Of a DNA stretch of 64,000 bases, positions 60,476-64,000 are shown piece after piece. Position 1 is the first letter of the stretch, and the number at the start of each line of letters is the position of its first letter. This DNA is from an uncultured Bacteroidales bacterium (lineage in GTDB: Bacteria; Bacteroidota; Bacteroidia; Bacteroidales; PUMT01). Both the position numbers and the translations under genes were made by a program. The stretch is from NCBI GenBank assembly GCA_964421595.1, contig CAYQXY010000008.1, forward strand, positions 2,774 through 66,773, in the 5' to 3' direction. The notes beneath the pieces are model-generated. The model was given only the letters and a program-made list of their open reading frames with translations, had not been told where the DNA came from and ran no database searches.

Positions 60476-62074
60476 TCACCGGTTATCAGAAAGGTTGGTA
60501 CGGATCCGTTCCCTTACCTCCTCTAACAGCGCGATCATGTCTGCGACCGTTGTGTCTGGTTGGTTATTGTAAACCCCGAGCGGATTCCCTTGCTGTCGAT
60601 CCGGAAGGCGGTCGGTGATCGTGAAGATCAGATCCAGAAGGGCAGGCGGGACATTATTGTAGCCTGATGGTCTATGCCCTGTAACCTGTTGCGCAATCTC
60701 AGCGGCTGCACATCGCAGGCTGTATTGATCGGCCCCTGTGGGACATGGTCCTGGCACGTCCGTCGGATTCCAAGTACCAGGCTTGGAGAGCAGCTCGATC
60801 GTGTTGTTGATAATTCGCAGATCCTGCTCACTATATATCAGACCGGGCTGACCGCAGTCATCGCCGCAATCGACGGATGCTACCGACTCGCCCGCCACAA
60901 CCGCCGCTACCCAGTCGCGAAGCGGGTGGCCGTTAGTATGATAGTGGTAAAAGGTTTCACGGGTTAAAACCGTATGCTGATAGCCACCCGCTGTGAAGGA
61001 ACGGAACTCCGGCACCTGTTCGAGAATGGACTGTCTGTTGGCACGTAAATGGTGACTAACATCAGTGAGCTCGGCATTAGCCAGCTCCAGGTAAAAGCGT
61101 TGGGCTTCGTCGTGAGCATGATCAAACTGGTAGAGACCCAGGTTGGGAACGCTTCGTGCGGCATGGATATATAGCTTCTCAATTCCCGCGTTATCTTCGA
61201 ACTCCTCCCACCCCCGGTGACGACGCATGACGTCGGGAATACCCCACTGTCCGACGTCGGAGCCGGTCATCGCCTCGCTCCCATAGCTGCCGGAATCATC
61301 TCCGAGACCGGCTACACGAGCCTCCGGATAATGCTGCGCCAGCAAGCTGGCGTAGAAAGGTGTTCCTATGGAGCCCGCACTTGATCCGGCCACGAAAATC
61401 TCCTGTGGCGATTCGAAGTTGGCGTAGATCCAGTCCATGACGGCCATGGTATTTGTCTGACCGCGGTGGTGGATCTTGAATTGCCTGGTTTCGCCTGAAT
61501 CCGTCTTCAGGGTGTATGTCACATCGCGATCACCTAAGAAGGCGTCACCTGTGCATACCGGTACCGCAACGAATGAATATCCCGCCACCGGGTTGTCCGG
61601 ATGGTCCAGGTCGAAGATTCCGTTTTGCTCCGCGGGATGCATAGCCGGTTCGATCGTAGAAGTGTATGTATAGCTTTCCCGCTCTGGATCACAGGTCTCG
61701 GCATCCCAGCATCCGCCACCGCCGTAGAGATACACAACCAATCGGTTGCGATCGGCTGCCCGAACCCAGAAGTGAAAGTCGTCCCCGAGGGCACAGGTAG
61801 TCTCCCCGCTGGGGTACAGAGTATTCCAGCCGTCGTCTAGCCCGATGAGATCAGGAAGCGAATCACCCACCGCATCCATGGTTTCCTTATTGATAAGCCC
61901 ATATACGAAATGATCATGATCCAATTCAATATATGCATGATTACTCTGGGAAGCAAGTGTATTCTGAATGCGATCACCACATTCTATAACCCATTCCGAA
62001 CGGTCTGATGTCCGGGCGGTAAGAGTTATTACAGATAAAAAGAGGATTAAGAAAAGAGATGTAGTTGCTTTCAT
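60476..62074 (-). CDS. Chimeric secreted esterase: a native N-module (about 70 aa) fused to a high-GC pectin-acetylesterase (PAE/Notum)-like body
   Basis: LVVYLYGGGGCWDAETC resembles the PAE-family GGGxC block. The N-terminus MKATTSLFLILFLSVITLTARTSDRSEWVIECGDRIQNTLASQSNHAYIELDHDHFVYGLINKETMDAV is homologous to the 57089..59092 N-terminus. GC content jumps at about 61880. Confidence 0.7.
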   Translation of the reverse strand: MKATTSLFLILFLSVITLTARTSDRSEWVIECGDRIQNTLASQSNHAYIELDHDHFVYGLINKETMDAVGDSLPDLIGLDDGWNTLYPSGETTCALGDDFHFWVRAADRNRLVVYLYGGGGCWDAETCDPERESYTYTSTIEPAMHPAEQNGIFDLDHPDNPVAGYSFVAVPVCTGDAFLGDRDVTYTLKTDSGETRQFKIHHRGQTNTMAVMDWIYANFESPQEIFVAGSSAGSIGTPFYASLLAQHYPEARVAGLGDDSGSYGSEAMTGSDVGQWGIPDVMRRHRGWEEFEDNAGIEKLYIHAARSVPNLGLYQFDHAHDEAQRFYLELANAELTDVSHHLRANRQSILEQVPEFRSFTAGGYQHTVLTRETFYHYHTNGHPLRDWVAAVVAGESVASVDCGDDCGQPGLIYSEQDLRIINNTIELLSKPGTWNPTDVPGPCPTGADQYSLRCAAAEIAQQVTGHRPSGYNNVPPALLDLIFTITDRLPDRQQGNPLGVYNNQPDTTVADMIALLEEVRERIRTNLSDNR

Positions 62075-62081
62075 AGGATGA

Positions 62082-62089
62082 CAAATTTA
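62082..62089 (-). promoter_or_regulatory. TAAATTTG box 7 nt upstream of the ATG (shared cassette promoter)
   Basis: The minus strand reads AACATAAATTTGTCATCCTATGAAAGC. Confidence 0.45.
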
Positions 62090-62320
62090 TGTTTACACTT
62101 TGAATAATCTGTTTATACTTTTCCTAAACTGATCATTTTGCCTGTCCCTTATATATGGGTAAATTAGCAATTACTGCTAATCATAAATGCATTTAATCCT
62201 GAAACGATTGGGTCTGCATATTTTAACTAATCATTTACTATTACCAGTTTTTATGTTTAAATGGAGAATAGGCAATCAAGGCACTTTAAAATCAGTTTTA
62301 ATTCATATGAAGCACAAAAT

Positions 62321-63546
62321 TTAAAGATTCGTGACCGGTTTTGCTTCCGGCACCAGTATCCAGAAATCATAACTATTTATAAGCTCCCGAACAGGTTGTA
62401 TTGCCTGAGTTGGAAGCTTACGTAATGGTCTGAAATCAAGCAAAAACCAACCATCATCAGGAGAGTAACCAGCTACAGATTCCATAATTGCAGGGTGTAT
62501 AGATTCGGAGTTATCAAAAGACTGAGGTGGCCCCATGAAACCCTTAGCACTTCCCTTTATTCCGGTTATTCTGAAGCTTATAGCTTTCATTTCATTCATT
62601 TCGGCCAGTTCGAATGCCAGGTTACCAAGATCAAACTGGTTGTACATGGAGAGCCCACGCATGGTATGTGTTAGCCCAAAACGGAATACGACCCGGGGCA
62701 GCTCATCATCTTGTTTGGCTTGCCGGTAATATTTCATAAACTGCCGTTTAATAAGTCTTACCCGGGTATAGTTGTTTTCATAATGATTCCCTTGCATCCA
62801 CAATGAATATATTTGCTGACTTTCCTTTAAGCCATTAATAATTTTAACAGTTTCACGAGATGAGTCTGTTCCGAATGCACCATAAAGATTATGAAAGTCA
62901 TCATCTGTTAGTTGTACCATCATTAGATTTCCGGGATTGCCTGTTTCAGTAAATTTTACAAAAGCAGACTGAGCTTTTTCATAATATTCTTTTGCCATTT
63001 GCCTGGCATTGTCATCAGGTGCCATTTCCGATAGCTGACTAAAAAGTAACCGTGGAGTCCCAGAAAAACCTGATCAACACCCCACAATACTGGATTATGG
63101 GCGGTACTGAGACTTAAAGCAGTTTGTAACAGTTTCAAATCTTCCTTTGTGGAATAAAACGGGACACCTCCGGGGTAGGTTTTTATAAATTCAAGAATAG
63201 CTTCCTGTGATTTACGGATTGTACTTTCGAGTTCTTTTGCAACGAAAGGATCGGTTTCAATAGCTAAATAAGTATACTGGTATTGTATTGCCTCACGAAA
63301 TAAGGCATCAGTAAATAAAGCGGGCTCTGATATGCCATGCTGTTCACCAATAAGAAGAAATTGTGAACCGGGAATAATATCTTTTAAAACAGAGGCACCC
63401 CTACCTGCAAAAACACCATTTTCAACCTTGAATTGATATAGATTCTCTTCTATCGCTTTTACCAGAACACTATCATTGGTCTGGCCAAAAACTGGTATAT
63501 AGCTAAATAAAAGTATAGAAATAATATAAGAGAATCGTGTGATCAT
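62321..63546 (-). pseudogene. Frameshifted secreted protein (ChaN/Tiki/erythromycin-esterase-like by eye)
   Basis: ORFs 63546..62956 and 63025..62321 read as one protein if a 1-nt shift is made near the A5 run at 63064-63068 (..HNPVLWGVDQV | FSGTPRLLFSQLSEMAPDDNARQMAKEYY..). It has a signal peptide and a LLIGEQHG motif. Confidence 0.55.
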
Positions 63547-64000
63547 ACTAAATCAGGATTCTGTATTATTGATAAAGATTGTTTCCCTGGAGAATCACCA
63601 TTATGAAAACTCATGATAGCAAAATAATGAGTTGCTTTACCAAAACTAATTTATAATCATTAAAAATAATGATTAATAAAATCTTAACCAAATAAAAGTC
63701 TGTAGAATAATTGTGGCTTAAATTACTTTATTATTGAATTGGCCAGTGGAGTATCTGCCGTAAGGCAAAAGTTTGGCATTATCTGTGGAAATAAGCGATT
63801 GTGCGCATTGCTTTTAATTGATAAGGCACTCAAAACCTCAGATTTTCACCATCCATTTGAAGAAAACCATGCTTGCCCGAAACAAGTAAAAAATCGCTAA
63901 AACCGGACTAGCCACCCCCAGAGTAATTGGTTTTAAGTCCGATTTTGCTTCGTACCACGAGTTTTTTTAACGCACAAGCCTTTCAGGCAAAGCCCCGCCA

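Noticed and set aside
63841-64000. The window-edge sequence ends in ...GCCCCGCCA on the plus strand, which is tRNA/tmRNA-like. The minus strand contains GGTGAAAATC, reminiscent of a cobalamin-riboswitch core.
   Set aside because: No T-arm (GGTTCGAATCC-like) or acceptor-stem complement is visible upstream of the CCA. The flanks of GGTGAAAATC do not match the B12-box context. The element, if any, is cut by the window edge.
1-64000. Search for rRNA, tRNA, CRISPR arrays, transposases, integrases and phage genes.
   Set aside because: None was recognised by eye in either strand or in the ORF track. No mobile-element call is made despite the many rearrangement scars.

Overview
This is a low-GC window from a Bacteroidota-type genome. 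The evidence is a SusC/SusD pair, many lipoprotein or signal-peptide N-termini, and TAnnTTTG-like promoter boxes. All family calls were made by eye from motifs in the supplied translations; no database or HMM search was run.

Left and centre (about 1.8-47 kb): a large polysaccharide utilization locus (PUL) that looks aimed at a sulfated glycan.
- susC/susD, seven Cys-type S1 sulfatases, GH95, three GH31-type enzymes, GH16 and a partial GH43/117-like propeller.
- An unusual set of exported non-CAZy proteins: an FAD oxidoreductase, a membrane protein with an FMN-binding-like DxxSGAT motif, an 855-aa TAT-signal protein of unknown family, a beta-propeller lactonase, an RraA-like protein, a nucleoside-hydrolase-like lipoprotein, a PHP-domain lipoprotein and a TAT-signal Gfo/Idh/MocA (GH109-like) enzyme.
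- CstA is the only intact inner-membrane transporter. No intact regulator is visible.

Right part (about 47-64 kb): a peptidase and hydrolase region.
- M1 and M3 (Dcp) peptidases, two beta-lactamase-fold serine hydrolases and an NTF2-like protein.
- Two tandem [secreted hydrolase + CPBP intramembrane protease] pairs that share a duplicated promoter / signal-peptide / N-terminal module.
- One of these hydrolases is a chimera. The native AT-rich N-module is fused in frame to a roughly 1.4 kb high-GC, pectin-acetylesterase-like body.

The window carries about a dozen gene stubs or broken genes (GH31, LacI, SSS symporter, a paralogue of the 855-aa protein, a GH-like TIM barrel, DUF2723, Dcp, DUF885, agmatine-deiminase-like, N-module, ChaN-like). 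No transposase or integrase ORF is visible. No rRNA, tRNA or CRISPR array was recognised.
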